A stretch of 64,000 nt of DNA from IMG/VR virus record IMGVR_UViG_3300015261_000002, positions 1-64,000 of that record; one strand, 5' to 3'. Below the pieces are notes generated by a model, which was not told the DNA's origin, did not search any database, and saw only the letters and a program-made list of their open reading frames with translations. Shown here piece after piece: positions 35,436-45,744 of the stretch (the first letter of the stretch is position 1; each line of letters opens with the position of its first letter). Position numbers and translations under genes: made by a program.

Positions 35436-38400
35436 ATGGCCGATGATTTCGATTCATGGGACGACGATCCCTTCGGTGGCGATCTAGACTTTGACGACGA
35501 TTTTGATAAACCCAAGGCAGGTTTTATCAGAAGCTTTGCTACGGGCTTTCTTTCGGGTGTCGTCGGTAAGACTGTGGGTGACACCGATGCCAGGGTCAAT
35601 ACCCTCAAAATGGTTTTGCCCAATACCTGGCTCGGGGCATTCAGTAACGTTGCTCAACTGAACCAGCGTCGCCGTGAGGTGATGGAGGAAATAAAGGGAG
35701 ATAGTTACCAAACGGTACAGGATCTCCAGTATCTCGCAAAAAGGGCCGGATCCAAACTGGGTAAAGGGGGTCCTAATAAAATCTCCGATCAACTGATGAA
35801 GTTCAGTGGTCACGATTTTTCGGACTGGGAAAAGACCGACTTTACTGACGGCGACAGCGCCCCTCGCATGGAGGGAACGTCAGACAGTGAGATCAAAACG
35901 GTACTCGAAGCAAGCGAAGCAAATTCGCTGCTAGAACGAGAAACCATGGAAACCATTGCAGACCGTACGATGAGTATGATGTCTGAAGTGGGTGGTCGAA
36001 CCATTGGTGGTATCAACACACTTAACCGTGCGATGGTACGTAACAACCAGCTCATGGAACAGTTGGTCGACTATCAGCGTCGTGTGCAGGCTCGTCATGA
36101 TGCCATGCAGCTGAACGTCATGACCCGGATGTACCTGACAAACGCGAAGTACTACAAGTTCCAGGAAGCCGCCCAACACCGCGTTATCAGTGAACTGAAA
36201 AGCATCCGTGAATTCTCGAAAATGTCGGACTATGAGAAAACCTCTCACAGCCAGGCAATTCGTAAAGAGATCCGGTCGCAGTTCTTCAGTACCGTCCGTA
36301 GCAAGTTTGGCGGTATCTCTGAGTTCATTAACGACAAGTTCGGTAAGGATGCACGGGGCGAGACGATCGGGGCTGTCAGCGACGTTGTAGGCTCTGTACG
36401 GATGGCTGCTGAAATGACTGAGGGGATGACCCTCAATCTCGGCGACATCGCAGGTAATGCGGCAGCAGGTCTGTTTATCAGTCAGCTGCCTCGGTTGCTG
36501 AAAAGCGGTCGTGCTCGTGAGTACCTGGCCAAGTTCAAAAAGAACTATCCGAAACAAGCGAAGTGGGCAGAAGACGCCTATAAGCGAATGGAGGATCTCG
36601 GTAACGTTGCGACCTACACCACTGGCAATGCCACTGGGTTGGTTAACGCCATGCAGCGTCACTACAGCGGTGGCATGGATATCGAGGGTCATGAGGACTA
36701 CGAAGAGTACCTGGCGTCTCTGCCACCGGGTGCTAAGCCTACCCCGAAACTGGAGTGGGAAGTTCTCAACACACTGAAGAAGACGGCGAACAAAGGCCTG
36801 GGTGCGCTGTACAGCAACTCCTGGTCGAGCAGCGGTAGTCGTTACTCACTGACTAACCGTACGCTGGCTGACAGCTACGAGCAGTCTCAGTGGACCCGTC
36901 GCAGTGACCGTACCCTGAACGAAATCATTCCGCAGTGGCTCAGCCAGATTCACCTGTCGTTGGAAAAACAACGTACCGGTGATGACCGCATGAAGGCCAT
37001 GTCGTATGACTACGTAAAGGCTCGGTTCGTTTCGCACGACCAGAAAGTCAACAACGTTGTCAACAAGGTCATTGACCGTAACAGTTTCAGTTCGGTGGCT
37101 CAATCGTCGAACAACATCACAGACACAATTGACCAGCTGGGTTTGGGTGCGCTCAGTCCAGAGGCTAAACGTGCGCTGTCGATGGAACTGATCATGGGCA
37201 GCGATAAGGAAGAGGCGTTTACGCCTTGGAACTTCCTGAAGCTGGATCAGCACGCCAACGTGCCTCCAAAGATCGCCGCAGAAATCCGTCGGGCGATGAA
37301 GGCTGCTTTCGACATCACGGATAAACACATCAACGACTTTGAAACAGGCACCGATGCTGACCGCATCAAGATGGCGAGTTACCTGCCAACTGAAAAGGCC
37401 CGTAAGAACGTCGTGGGTGTGGCAGACGCTGTTAAAAGCCTCGGTAACCTGGTTCCGGACATCGCGGCACAGTTGGACATCCATAAAGGCACCGGCAGTT
37501 ATGACGCCTTGAAGGAAGCGGGGTTGATTGTCACGGATGAGTATAACCGTGATGACATCAACATGGATATGATTAAGCAGGCCCTGGCCTCTTACATCGC
37601 TGATCCAAACCGTCGCAATACAAGCATCCCTGATCGTGCGCCTCTCCCAACGCGTCCTGGGAGCTTTGGTGGGTTCCCTTACACTGTGCCGAACTTCGGC
37701 AACAGAACGCCTGTAATCCCCACTGAGGAGTCTTCAGAGGGCATTAAGGTACAGGGGATGGACAAGCTGACTGAGTCGCTGGCCAGTATGGGCGATTTGA
37801 AGGCAGCGATGCACAACATGGGTCCGAGCAACCCTCTGGGTCAGCTGCTGGACTTGGACCCGATGAACCGTGGGATGACGTCACTGAACGAGCAGGTTAA
37901 GCGTTTGGTAGAAATGGGGGCAGAGCGTAACGACCTCCTGACGCGCATCCTCAATAACCAACCCATGCGAAGCGCCGACTTAAACAATGCTGACACCCAA
38001 CGAGACATTGCGGCTGGTAAACGGTCGATCATCGATCGCTTGAAAGCAACAAACTTGAAGGACATGTTTAACAAGGGCGTGGGTAAACTGTTGGATGCAG
38101 AACCGCTGGTCCTGGGGGGTCTGTTGGGTGGTCTTGCCACCTACGCCTTCCACGACCCTAAAGCAGCTGCCTTGATCGGCGGTGGAGCTGCGGCTGCATT
38201 GGCGTACAACAAGTTCCGCACTATGGCCATGGTCAAGGCCGCCAAGGACAACGAAGACCTCTACGAGGAAGGTAACCCGGATGTTCCTATCCTGGAAGCC
38301 TGGAAGTTGGCTCGGGGCGATTACCTCGACATGACCACCGGCTATATCCTCAGTACCTGGGAAGGTATCAAGGGTAGCGTTAAAGACATCACCAGTGGCG

Positions 38401-41400
38401 TTATCATTGGTGCTCGTCGTCTGTCGGCAAAACTCTTTACAGCTGAGAACAAGGAAGTACTGCTCAGCGGTTTGAGTCGTATGCGAGATCTTACTCTTCG
38501 TGCATTCCGTTGGGCTGATCCATTTGGCCGTGCGGTAGCGTTGAAGGACAAGGTCGTTAATCGTTTCCACCAGATGGACGTTTACAAGGAGGGCGAAAAG
38601 ACTCCGGTGTTGGTAGGCAAGCGCTTTGCTACTGGCGAGTACTGGAAACGTGGTGAGAACGGTGAAGCAGTACAGCTGACAGGCTGGCATGAGATCGACG
38701 GTCCTGTTTACGATAAGGACGGCGAGATCATCATTACCCAAGAGGAATACGACCGCGGTCTGAAAACCTCGATGGGTGTGAGCATCAACAAGCTGGGGAT
38801 GGCCGGTAAGCGTTTCGGTGCTCTGACCATGGACCTGTTCAACAAAGCACGGGCAAAAGCAGCCCCTGCCTTTGGTAAGGCCAAGGATGCCACCACAAAG
38901 GCCTTTAAAGCCGATTACAGCCCGATCGTCAACTCGGTCGACCGTATCTACCACTTGCTGCTGAAGCACTGGGGTTACGCCGAGGAGAAACCTTCCAACG
39001 AAGGATCGGTTCCAGTCGGTGATGAGGAAGTTAACGTCCCTATCACTAACGTCAAGCCTCCAAAGCTGAAGGTGAAGTTGAAGTTGAAGGCTACGGCCTA
39101 CGACAAGAAGCCTGTCGGTCCGCTTGATCGTCTGGAGATTCCAAAGGCTGCTCAGCAAGCTGAAGTGAGCCCTGAGGAACTGGCCCGTCGCGAGGAAGAA
39201 GAGCGTGGCGGTAAAGCGGGTGCGTACGGTTCTGTGGATGAGGAAATCAAGAAGCGCATTCGTGAGCAACTTGGTGAACAGCCAGAACAGGACGTACGTC
39301 TGAACTCTCGTGCTGACAAGATGGCGAAGGCTAAGGCTAAGAAGGACGAAGACGCTAAGGATGCCTTGATCAAGATGAGCAAGGGCTTTGGCTTCTTTGG
39401 TGGTGGGGACAAGAAAGACAAGAAGGAAAGCGGCGGTATCTTTGGCATGTTGAAAGACGGCTTGGGTGCAATCGCAGGTGGTATCTTCGGCTTGACTAAG
39501 TTCTTTACCGGTTCTTGGTTTAACAGCTTTAAAACGCTCGGTACGTTTGCGAGCATTGGCATCAAGACCTTGCCGTTTATTGCGACGGGTATCGCTGCAA
39601 TGGCTAAGGGTCTCTTGGCTCTGGCTCGTGGTGAAGGCCTGGCGGGTGCCGGTGGGGATGCCTTGGATCACCTCCGTGGTAAGAAGCGCACCAAGGCTGA
39701 ACGCGACAAGATCCGTGCCCGTCGTAAAGCCCCACGCGGCCGTGTTATGAACGGCGGCATGAAAGTGGGTGCAGGCCTGGCACTGGGCTTGGGTGTTGAT
39801 GCGCTTGTGAACTCTGGCTTCATCGATGAAGGTGGAGCACTGGAGCACATTGGCGATATCGCTTCTACTGCAACGACGGTAGTGGGGACGTACCAGATGG
39901 CTGCTGGTGTCGCTGCGGCGGCAGGAGTGGACATTGGTGTCGGTGCGTTGGCAGCAGGTGCAGGGACCGCGGCTTCGGCTGCTTGGGGTCTGGCTGCTCC
40001 GTTGCTCTTTAACCCTGTCACTCTCGGTGTCTTGGCAGTTGGTGCAATCGGCTACGGCATTTATCGTTACGTGAAACGCGGTTCGGGTAAGCAGTACGAA
40101 CTCCGCATGACACAATACGGTGTGTCGGATCCTGATAGCGATCTGGCGAAGAAGATTCTCCAGGTGGAAGAGAAGCTGAAGGACTTCGTGGTTATTGGTA
40201 ATGGCAAGGCATCGCTGTCTAAGGATGCGCCGTTGCAAGAAGTACTCCAGGCTTTCATTCCGAACGCCAATGACAAGACTCAAATCGGCAGCGTATTCAG
40301 CTGGTTCAACGGACGTTTCAAACCTGTCTTCATGACCTACATGGCTTGCTTGGATGTCATCAAGTTGAAGTCGCTGAAGGAATATGACGACGCAGTTAGC
40401 CAAGACGTCTACAAGGTGGCGAAGCAAGTCCACCAGACCCTCGGCTCAGTGATGCCGTTCCCGTACTCGATTGTGGCTAAGATCGATCCGGAGACACCGC
40501 TGCTGGGTGAGAAGGCAACTGTGGTCCGTTGCAACAACTTGCTCGATGAGCTGAAGCAATACATCGATCGTAAAACCGATGCACCGGCTGATACCGATGT
40601 GATCAAAACCCCTGAAAGTGTGGCGATGCTTCAGAAGGAGCAAGCAACTCTCCAGGAGAAACTGAACGGACCAATGAGTGCGTTTGGTAGTGGTAGCGAA
40701 CGCATCCAAAACGTCGACGCAGCGAAGAAGCGCCTCAATGAAGTGAATACTCAGCTGTCTCAGTTGAATACAAGCTACAAGGTGTCTGCGGTTGCGGCCC
40801 AGGTCTTTGTCAAGGACTTGTTGCCTGATAACCGTCCGGTGGATATGCTCACCGGTATTCGTCTGGCGTGCTACGGTAACGATCTGGACTTGACCTGGCG
40901 TGTGGAAGCCGTTCTGAAACTGGAACGCTACTGCGAATCCCTGATGGTGGTTTCTGAAGGGGGTGCTCAGTTCAAAGGTCAAGTGGGTGACATGTTTGGC
41001 ATCTTTAAGGAAGCCTTCCGTCTTGACGCAGGGGATGCAGACAACTGGTGCCGGTGGTTCAAGGACCGCTTTATGCCGGTGCTCATCAACTACTTCAACC
41101 TCATGCAGAATTACCGTCGTGGTAATCCAGGCGTGGTGTGGAGGAGCCTGTCGGTTACCGCACGTTACGAGATTGCCCGAGGGCTGGTAGAGACAAAGGT
41201 AGAACCGGGACGTGGTCTGTTGGTACCGATCTGGGTCGTCAGGGCTTCGCCGTTTAAGGACTCGGTATCTCCGGGTAAACCAGACCGGGTTGACCGGATG
41301 CTGGATATCTTGGGGCAAGCCAGTACAACGGCTAAGCTGCGGGATCCTGAAAAGGAAGCCGGTAAAACGAGTACAAGTGCCTGGGCTAAAGAAATCTCCC

Positions 41401-43445
41401 CTCGCAAGGTGGGTGGTGACTTTACAACGAAGCGCGCAAACATCGATGATGTGAGCACGGCTAGAAATAGTCGCGACGTTGGCTTGGGTGGGCAATACGG
41501 TACGAGCACCAGTCGTGGTTCGGGGACTGGCAACACCTTTAACCTGGGCGGTGCTTATCAGACCCCAGGTAACTCCTACGGCTACCAACCGCTTACCGGT
41601 GACAGCGATACCAGTCACTTGGATCTGAGCGGTGTTCAGGCGGCCGATGGTAAGGACAACGGTGTTAAAGTTCCTAAGCAGTTGGCAGAGCAGCTCATCA
41701 TTCGCGAGATGTTGAAACAAGGCTTCACTGACCCTCGCGCTATTGCTGAGATGTTGGCGCTCACCAACTACGAGACTGGAGGTTTTGGTCGTACCGTAGA
41801 AAACATGAACTACACCACTCCTGAAAACCTGATGAAGACCTTCCGTGAGGTCACTAGTCTGGCACAGGCGCGAGCGCTTATTGCGGCTGGCCCTGTGGCT
41901 ATTGCCAACACTGTTTACGGTGGCGGTAAAGGTCAGTCGTTGGGCAACGTTGCTCCAGGGGATGGTTGGAAGTATCGTGGTCGTGGCTTGGTGCAACTGA
42001 CGGGTCGGGCTCAGTACGCTCGCATTGGACAACAACTGGGCATTGACCTGGTGAACAATCCGGAGCTGGCGTCGAACGATCCAAACGTTATGGCGGCGAT
42101 TGCGGTTAACTTCTACAAAAACAACAAGCTCCTGCAAAGCATCACCCAGGACGGTAACTTTGGTCGTGCAGCCACCGGTTTGAATGGTGGTAATGAACTG
42201 CCGGGTATGCCGAAGCGATTCCAGCTCTACACGCAGTACCTGCAACAGCTGACCAGCGGACAGTTAAAAGCTGACGACAAGGCGGCTCAGGGTACTAACG
42301 TCTCACCTGCAATGGGTGCTGGCGGCATGTACGGCAGTAATCCAGCCCCAACCATCGGTGGTGGTAACACACCTCAGATCGGTGCGGCTCCGGGTGGTGG
42401 CTCTCGTAACGCAGCGGCTTACGCAACACCTCCAAGCCTGATGTCTCCAGGTGGCGGTGGCGGGGATTACAGCGGCAACTACGGGAATGGTGGCGGTGGC
42501 GAACCAGGCTCTCTGGTTGGTGGCGGTGCGGGTATTAACTCGAGTGGATTGCGTCTTAAGTCAGGAGAGGCCATTGCGGGCGGTAACGCTCACCCTGGTA
42601 TTGTCCGTCTGGCTCAACTGATCCAGAGTCAAGTTCCAAACTTCCGTTACTTCTCTGCGCTGAATGATGCGTACCACCAACGTGCCAAGCCTAACTCCAA
42701 GCATGCTCAGGGGTTGGCGCTGGACTTTACGTTGACGAATGGTGTAAGTGGCAGTGAACAAGGGATGTCCGTTGTTAACACCATCATGCGTCAAGCCAAC
42801 ATGGGACCGCAGGATTATCTGTTGCTGAACGAGTACAAGAAAGCCTCGGCAGGAGCCACCGGCGGACACGTACACTTTGGGTTCAAAACCAAAGAAGCAG
42901 CCGATAAGTTTGCACAAGCAGCTGGTGCTAGTCAGCCAGCCGGTCAGGATACAACAGCGGGTGGTACGGTACAAGCCAAAGATCAGCAGTACGATCCAGG
43001 TCAAATGCCGTCTACTCCGCCAGATACGACGGCCGTTCCAACTCCGGCAATGAGGAGCAACGCTCAAGCGCCTGGCGCGAGCGCTCCGGTTACTCCGGGT
43101 GCGGGTGGGGGAGCAATCCCTGGTCCGTACACCAATCTTCCGTTGCCGGGAGCTGGCGGTACTACAAGTGACCCGAACGGTCCTGTGTCTGAGCCTGGTG
43201 CACCAACCCAGGCGAGCAAACAGCCACTGCCTGAAGGTTACGGTAAACCCGCGCCTAAACAGCAAGCCAACAGTCAGCAGCCTGTACCCGCTGACCCAGG
43301 TGGCTTGATGGAGAAACTGACCACTGTTGTAGGCGAAGGCACCAGTAAGCAGGACGACACCAATAGCCTGCTGAAAGTTATCGCTGAAACCTTGGCGAAG
43401 ATCGAGTCTAACTCGAAGCCTGCTCCAAGTAGCGTTAACATTTGA
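35436..43445 (+). CDS. Large tail / tape-measure-like protein with GH19 lysozyme and M15-like peptidase domains (phiKZ gp181-like)
   Basis: 2669 aa with hydrophobic segments. GH19 motifs ETGGF...ENMNY...YRGRGLVQLTG; peptidase motifs SKHAQGLALDF...HVHF. Confidence 0.85.
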   Translation: MADDFDSWDDDPFGGDLDFDDDFDKPKAGFIRSFATGFLSGVVGKTVGDTDARVNTLKMVLPNTWLGAFSNVAQLNQRRREVMEEIKGDSYQTVQDLQYLAKRAGSKLGKGGPNKISDQLMKFSGHDFSDWEKTDFTDGDSAPRMEGTSDSEIKTVLEASEANSLLERETMETIADRTMSMMSEVGGRTIGGINTLNRAMVRNNQLMEQLVDYQRRVQARHDAMQLNVMTRMYLTNAKYYKFQEAAQHRVISELKSIREFSKMSDYEKTSHSQAIRKEIRSQFFSTVRSKFGGISEFINDKFGKDARGETIGAVSDVVGSVRMAAEMTEGMTLNLGDIAGNAAAGLFISQLPRLLKSGRAREYLAKFKKNYPKQAKWAEDAYKRMEDLGNVATYTTGNATGLVNAMQRHYSGGMDIEGHEDYEEYLASLPPGAKPTPKLEWEVLNTLKKTANKGLGALYSNSWSSSGSRYSLTNRTLADSYEQSQWTRRSDRTLNEIIPQWLSQIHLSLEKQRTGDDRMKAMSYDYVKARFVSHDQKVNNVVNKVIDRNSFSSVAQSSNNITDTIDQLGLGALSPEAKRALSMELIMGSDKEEAFTPWNFLKLDQHANVPPKIAAEIRRAMKAAFDITDKHINDFETGTDADRIKMASYLPTEKARKNVVGVADAVKSLGNLVPDIAAQLDIHKGTGSYDALKEAGLIVTDEYNRDDINMDMIKQALASYIADPNRRNTSIPDRAPLPTRPGSFGGFPYTVPNFGNRTPVIPTEESSEGIKVQGMDKLTESLASMGDLKAAMHNMGPSNPLGQLLDLDPMNRGMTSLNEQVKRLVEMGAERNDLLTRILNNQPMRSADLNNADTQRDIAAGKRSIIDRLKATNLKDMFNKGVGKLLDAEPLVLGGLLGGLATYAFHDPKAAALIGGGAAAALAYNKFRTMAMVKAAKDNEDLYEEGNPDVPILEAWKLARGDYLDMTTGYILSTWEGIKGSVKDITSGVIIGARRLSAKLFTAENKEVLLSGLSRMRDLTLRAFRWADPFGRAVALKDKVVNRFHQMDVYKEGEKTPVLVGKRFATGEYWKRGENGEAVQLTGWHEIDGPVYDKDGEIIITQEEYDRGLKTSMGVSINKLGMAGKRFGALTMDLFNKARAKAAPAFGKAKDATTKAFKADYSPIVNSVDRIYHLLLKHWGYAEEKPSNEGSVPVGDEEVNVPITNVKPPKLKVKLKLKATAYDKKPVGPLDRLEIPKAAQQAEVSPEELARREEEERGGKAGAYGSVDEEIKKRIREQLGEQPEQDVRLNSRADKMAKAKAKKDEDAKDALIKMSKGFGFFGGGDKKDKKESGGIFGMLKDGLGAIAGGIFGLTKFFTGSWFNSFKTLGTFASIGIKTLPFIATGIAAMAKGLLALARGEGLAGAGGDALDHLRGKKRTKAERDKIRARRKAPRGRVMNGGMKVGAGLALGLGVDALVNSGFIDEGGALEHIGDIASTATTVVGTYQMAAGVAAAAGVDIGVGALAAGAGTAASAAWGLAAPLLFNPVTLGVLAVGAIGYGIYRYVKRGSGKQYELRMTQYGVSDPDSDLAKKILQVEEKLKDFVVIGNGKASLSKDAPLQEVLQAFIPNANDKTQIGSVFSWFNGRFKPVFMTYMACLDVIKLKSLKEYDDAVSQDVYKVAKQVHQTLGSVMPFPYSIVAKIDPETPLLGEKATVVRCNNLLDELKQYIDRKTDAPADTDVIKTPESVAMLQKEQATLQEKLNGPMSAFGSGSERIQNVDAAKKRLNEVNTQLSQLNTSYKVSAVAAQVFVKDLLPDNRPVDMLTGIRLACYGNDLDLTWRVEAVLKLERYCESLMVVSEGGAQFKGQVGDMFGIFKEAFRLDAGDADNWCRWFKDRFMPVLINYFNLMQNYRRGNPGVVWRSLSVTARYEIARGLVETKVEPGRGLLVPIWVVRASPFKDSVSPGKPDRVDRMLDILGQASTTAKLRDPEKEAGKTSTSAWAKEISPRKVGGDFTTKRANIDDVSTARNSRDVGLGGQYGTSTSRGSGTGNTFNLGGAYQTPGNSYGYQPLTGDSDTSHLDLSGVQAADGKDNGVKVPKQLAEQLIIREMLKQGFTDPRAIAEMLALTNYETGGFGRTVENMNYTTPENLMKTFREVTSLAQARALIAAGPVAIANTVYGGGKGQSLGNVAPGDGWKYRGRGLVQLTGRAQYARIGQQLGIDLVNNPELASNDPNVMAAIAVNFYKNNKLLQSITQDGNFGRAATGLNGGNELPGMPKRFQLYTQYLQQLTSGQLKADDKAAQGTNVSPAMGAGGMYGSNPAPTIGGGNTPQIGAAPGGGSRNAAAYATPPSLMSPGGGGGDYSGNYGNGGGGEPGSLVGGGAGINSSGLRLKSGEAIAGGNAHPGIVRLAQLIQSQVPNFRYFSALNDAYHQRAKPNSKHAQGLALDFTLTNGVSGSEQGMSVVNTIMRQANMGPQDYLLLNEYKKASAGATGGHVHFGFKTKEAADKFAQAAGASQPAGQDTTAGGTVQAKDQQYDPGQMPSTPPDTTAVPTPAMRSNAQAPGASAPVTPGAGGGAIPGPYTNLPLPGAGGTTSDPNGPVSEPGAPTQASKQPLPEGYGKPAPKQQANSQQPVPADPGGLMEKLTTVVGEGTSKQDDTNSLLKVIAETLAKIESNSKPAPSSVNI

Positions 43446-43450
43446 CTGTA

Positions 43451-43490
43451 TGGGAGGTGGGGTCACACCCACCTCCTCTTTTTTCTTTTC
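43451..43490 (+). terminator. Intrinsic terminator
   Basis: GGAGGTGGG/CCCACCTCC stem plus TCTTTTTTCTTTT. Confidence 0.75.
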
Positions 43491-43509
43491 ACCCACCAGG
43501 TATTTATCA

Positions 43510-45684
43510 ATGGCCGTAACAATTCGAGACAGGGACATTATCACCAAGTCGTTCCGTCTATTGACCCGTGGCGTACAACCCAGTGACCTGCTTCAACAAA
43601 TGGACTGGGATCGTTACTTCAACGTGTTCAGTAGTGCGACGGGTGACAACCGTTACGTTAACCCGATTCCACAATGCAGTCCCGCTACCGATCCTCGCTA
43701 CAGCCGTTTCCTCAACTCCTCTGAGGGCGGCATGGGTAGCATGTACAAAGAGGTGTACGAGAATAACGTCACCCTCTTGACCCTGACACCAAGCGTCCCT
43801 CAGTTTGCAGGACTGCTCAGCTTTATCACGAACATGTTCAGCCCTACTGCTGCGATCATTGCTAACAAAGGTCGTGCCCCCGGTACAGCGTTCTACATGG
43901 GTCAGGCGGCTACCGCTATTGCCTTCTGGCCAATGCAGCTTATCAGTATCAGTATTCAGTTCTTGGCCTTCCTGACCGATGCGCCTAAGAACAACTTCTG
44001 GACCTGTAAGCCTGCAATGGGTGCTTACACCATGGCAGCGACGGGCATCATGAACGACCTCATGGTTAAGCTGGGTTACATCGACCCGGTACTGCCTAAG
44101 CGTAACCAGGAACAAACGGATACCCTTTACGGACGTCCTGCTGATTACGACAACAGCAAAGCGGTTCAAGACCTCAGCTTGTTGATGCCGGACGTGATTA
44201 ACGCCGACGGTACACTCGACCTGATGCGTCTCATCATGAAGGGTACTCGTAAACACCGGGTGATGCTGAATAAGCTCGCTGCGATGGATAACGAGGCACT
44301 GACCACTCCTGATGAGAAACTGAGCCGCGCACAACAGCTCATGGAAGAGGTCACGTTTGATGACACTGTCTGGGCAGGTGATCCTACTCAAGAGTTTATT
44401 GAGAAGGAGATGAACTCGGTTGGCAAGTACCGTGGTGACGATGAAGGCAAGTTCGTTGAGCAGGACAGTGCGTACGCAAACGAAAGTGCTTATTCGAACA
44501 TCAACAACGCTGACCAAGGTTTGGCTTCCTTCGGGGTAGACCAGTCCAGTGCAGCGAATGGCGGGGCGGGCTCAAGCGCTGGGATGGAACCTTCCAGTCA
44601 GGGTGCTCCAGGTGCTACACCAGGTATTAACCCTAACCAACAATCCAATCGTCCTCAACCGGCTTCTTTGCAGACAGGTGGTAGCGCAGCGTTCGCTAAC
44701 GGGCAAACCATCTCGTACGAAGACAACCCGAATGACCGTACCTGGGCAGGCGATGTGGCCGACCTTGTACAGACGGCCTTCTCGGGTGGTCTCGATGCGA
44801 TCACGTTCCGGGTGGATGGTGCAGTAGGTCCTGTGACCGACAGCTTCTCGAACAGTCACTCTCCTTCTCCAATGGCGGAGAAGTTCAACTCGGTTGTTAA
44901 AGCTGCCAACGACTTCCGCTTTGACGTGGCGGGTGGTGCAACCGGTATCGGTATTATCGACTCTGTTGTTAACACCATCAAGGAAGGTGCTATCGGTGCG
45001 CTGTCTGGGACAGTAATCGGTAACATCCCCCTGGCGTTGGTTAACAACAGCTCTGTGAAGATTGCAGACCACTGGGACGGTTCGACAACTAACCTGCACA
45101 AGGAAAGCTACTCGATCTACTCCCACTGCAACTACGCTCACCCGTATGAACAGATCATGAAGGTCTGGGTACTGCTGTCGTTGTTCCTCCCGATGGTGGC
45201 TCCAAACAGTGCGGGTGGTTCTACTTACACCTCGCCGTTTATGTTGAAGGCTTTCTGTAAGTCGCGTTCGATCATTCGTACCGGCATGATGGAATCCCTA
45301 ACCTTTACCCTCGGCAGCGGTGATGGCGGGTGGACAATTGACCGTAAGCCGTTGAACATCAAGATCGACTTCACTATTGTTGACCTTGAGCCGTTGATCA
45401 CTGTTCCAGTTGACCGCTCCTTGAGCCTGCTGGACTTGACCAACCCATCGCAGGTAGCCAACCGTCTGTTTAACGACGACACGGCGTGGAACAACTTTGC
45501 ATCCCGTTTGACCGGTGTGGATTACCTTGACACCGTCATGAAGTACGCACGTCTCAACCGTAACCTCACAGGTATCTCCCTTGATATGAAACAGAGCATC
45601 CGGGCTGACAACATTGCAGCCAAGGTGAACGACTCGATCATCGGTGACCTGTCGCGTATCTTTGTAAGACCTGTTGCACGATAA
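43510..45684 (+). CDS. Virion tail/baseplate protein (phiKZ gp182-like)
   Basis: Follows the gp181-like gene; GMGSMYKEVYE and YTSPF motifs. Start MAVTIRD lies after the terminator. Confidence 0.7.
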   Translation: MAVTIRDRDIITKSFRLLTRGVQPSDLLQQMDWDRYFNVFSSATGDNRYVNPIPQCSPATDPRYSRFLNSSEGGMGSMYKEVYENNVTLLTLTPSVPQFAGLLSFITNMFSPTAAIIANKGRAPGTAFYMGQAATAIAFWPMQLISISIQFLAFLTDAPKNNFWTCKPAMGAYTMAATGIMNDLMVKLGYIDPVLPKRNQEQTDTLYGRPADYDNSKAVQDLSLLMPDVINADGTLDLMRLIMKGTRKHRVMLNKLAAMDNEALTTPDEKLSRAQQLMEEVTFDDTVWAGDPTQEFIEKEMNSVGKYRGDDEGKFVEQDSAYANESAYSNINNADQGLASFGVDQSSAANGGAGSSAGMEPSSQGAPGATPGINPNQQSNRPQPASLQTGGSAAFANGQTISYEDNPNDRTWAGDVADLVQTAFSGGLDAITFRVDGAVGPVTDSFSNSHSPSPMAEKFNSVVKAANDFRFDVAGGATGIGIIDSVVNTIKEGAIGALSGTVIGNIPLALVNNSSVKIADHWDGSTTNLHKESYSIYSHCNYAHPYEQIMKVWVLLSLFLPMVAPNSAGGSTYTSPFMLKAFCKSRSIIRTGMMESLTFTLGSGDGGWTIDRKPLNIKIDFTIVDLEPLITVPVDRSLSLLDLTNPSQVANRLFNDDTAWNNFASRLTGVDYLDTVMKYARLNRNLTGISLDMKQSIRADNIAAKVNDSIIGDLSRIFVRPVAR

Positions 45685-45698
45685 AAACTCAGTGGTAA

Positions 45699-45741
45699 CT
45701 ATAACCCCTCCTACCCCGCAAAGGGTAGGAGGGGTTATAGC
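45699..45741. terminator. 18-bp stem-loop at a convergent junction, near-copy of 14642-14683
   Basis: CTATAACCCCTCCTACCC-CGCAAA-GGGTAGGAGGGGTTATAG. Confidence 0.8.
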
Positions 45742-45744
45742 GTT

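Noticed and set aside
42280-43400. Gly/Pro-rich low-complexity DNA as a repeat element
   Set aside because: Explained by protein linkers; no exact nucleotide periodicity seen.
37980-43547. Minus-strand ORFs of 817, 599 and 328 aa inside the giant tail gene
   Set aside because: Antisense shadows with no domain motifs.
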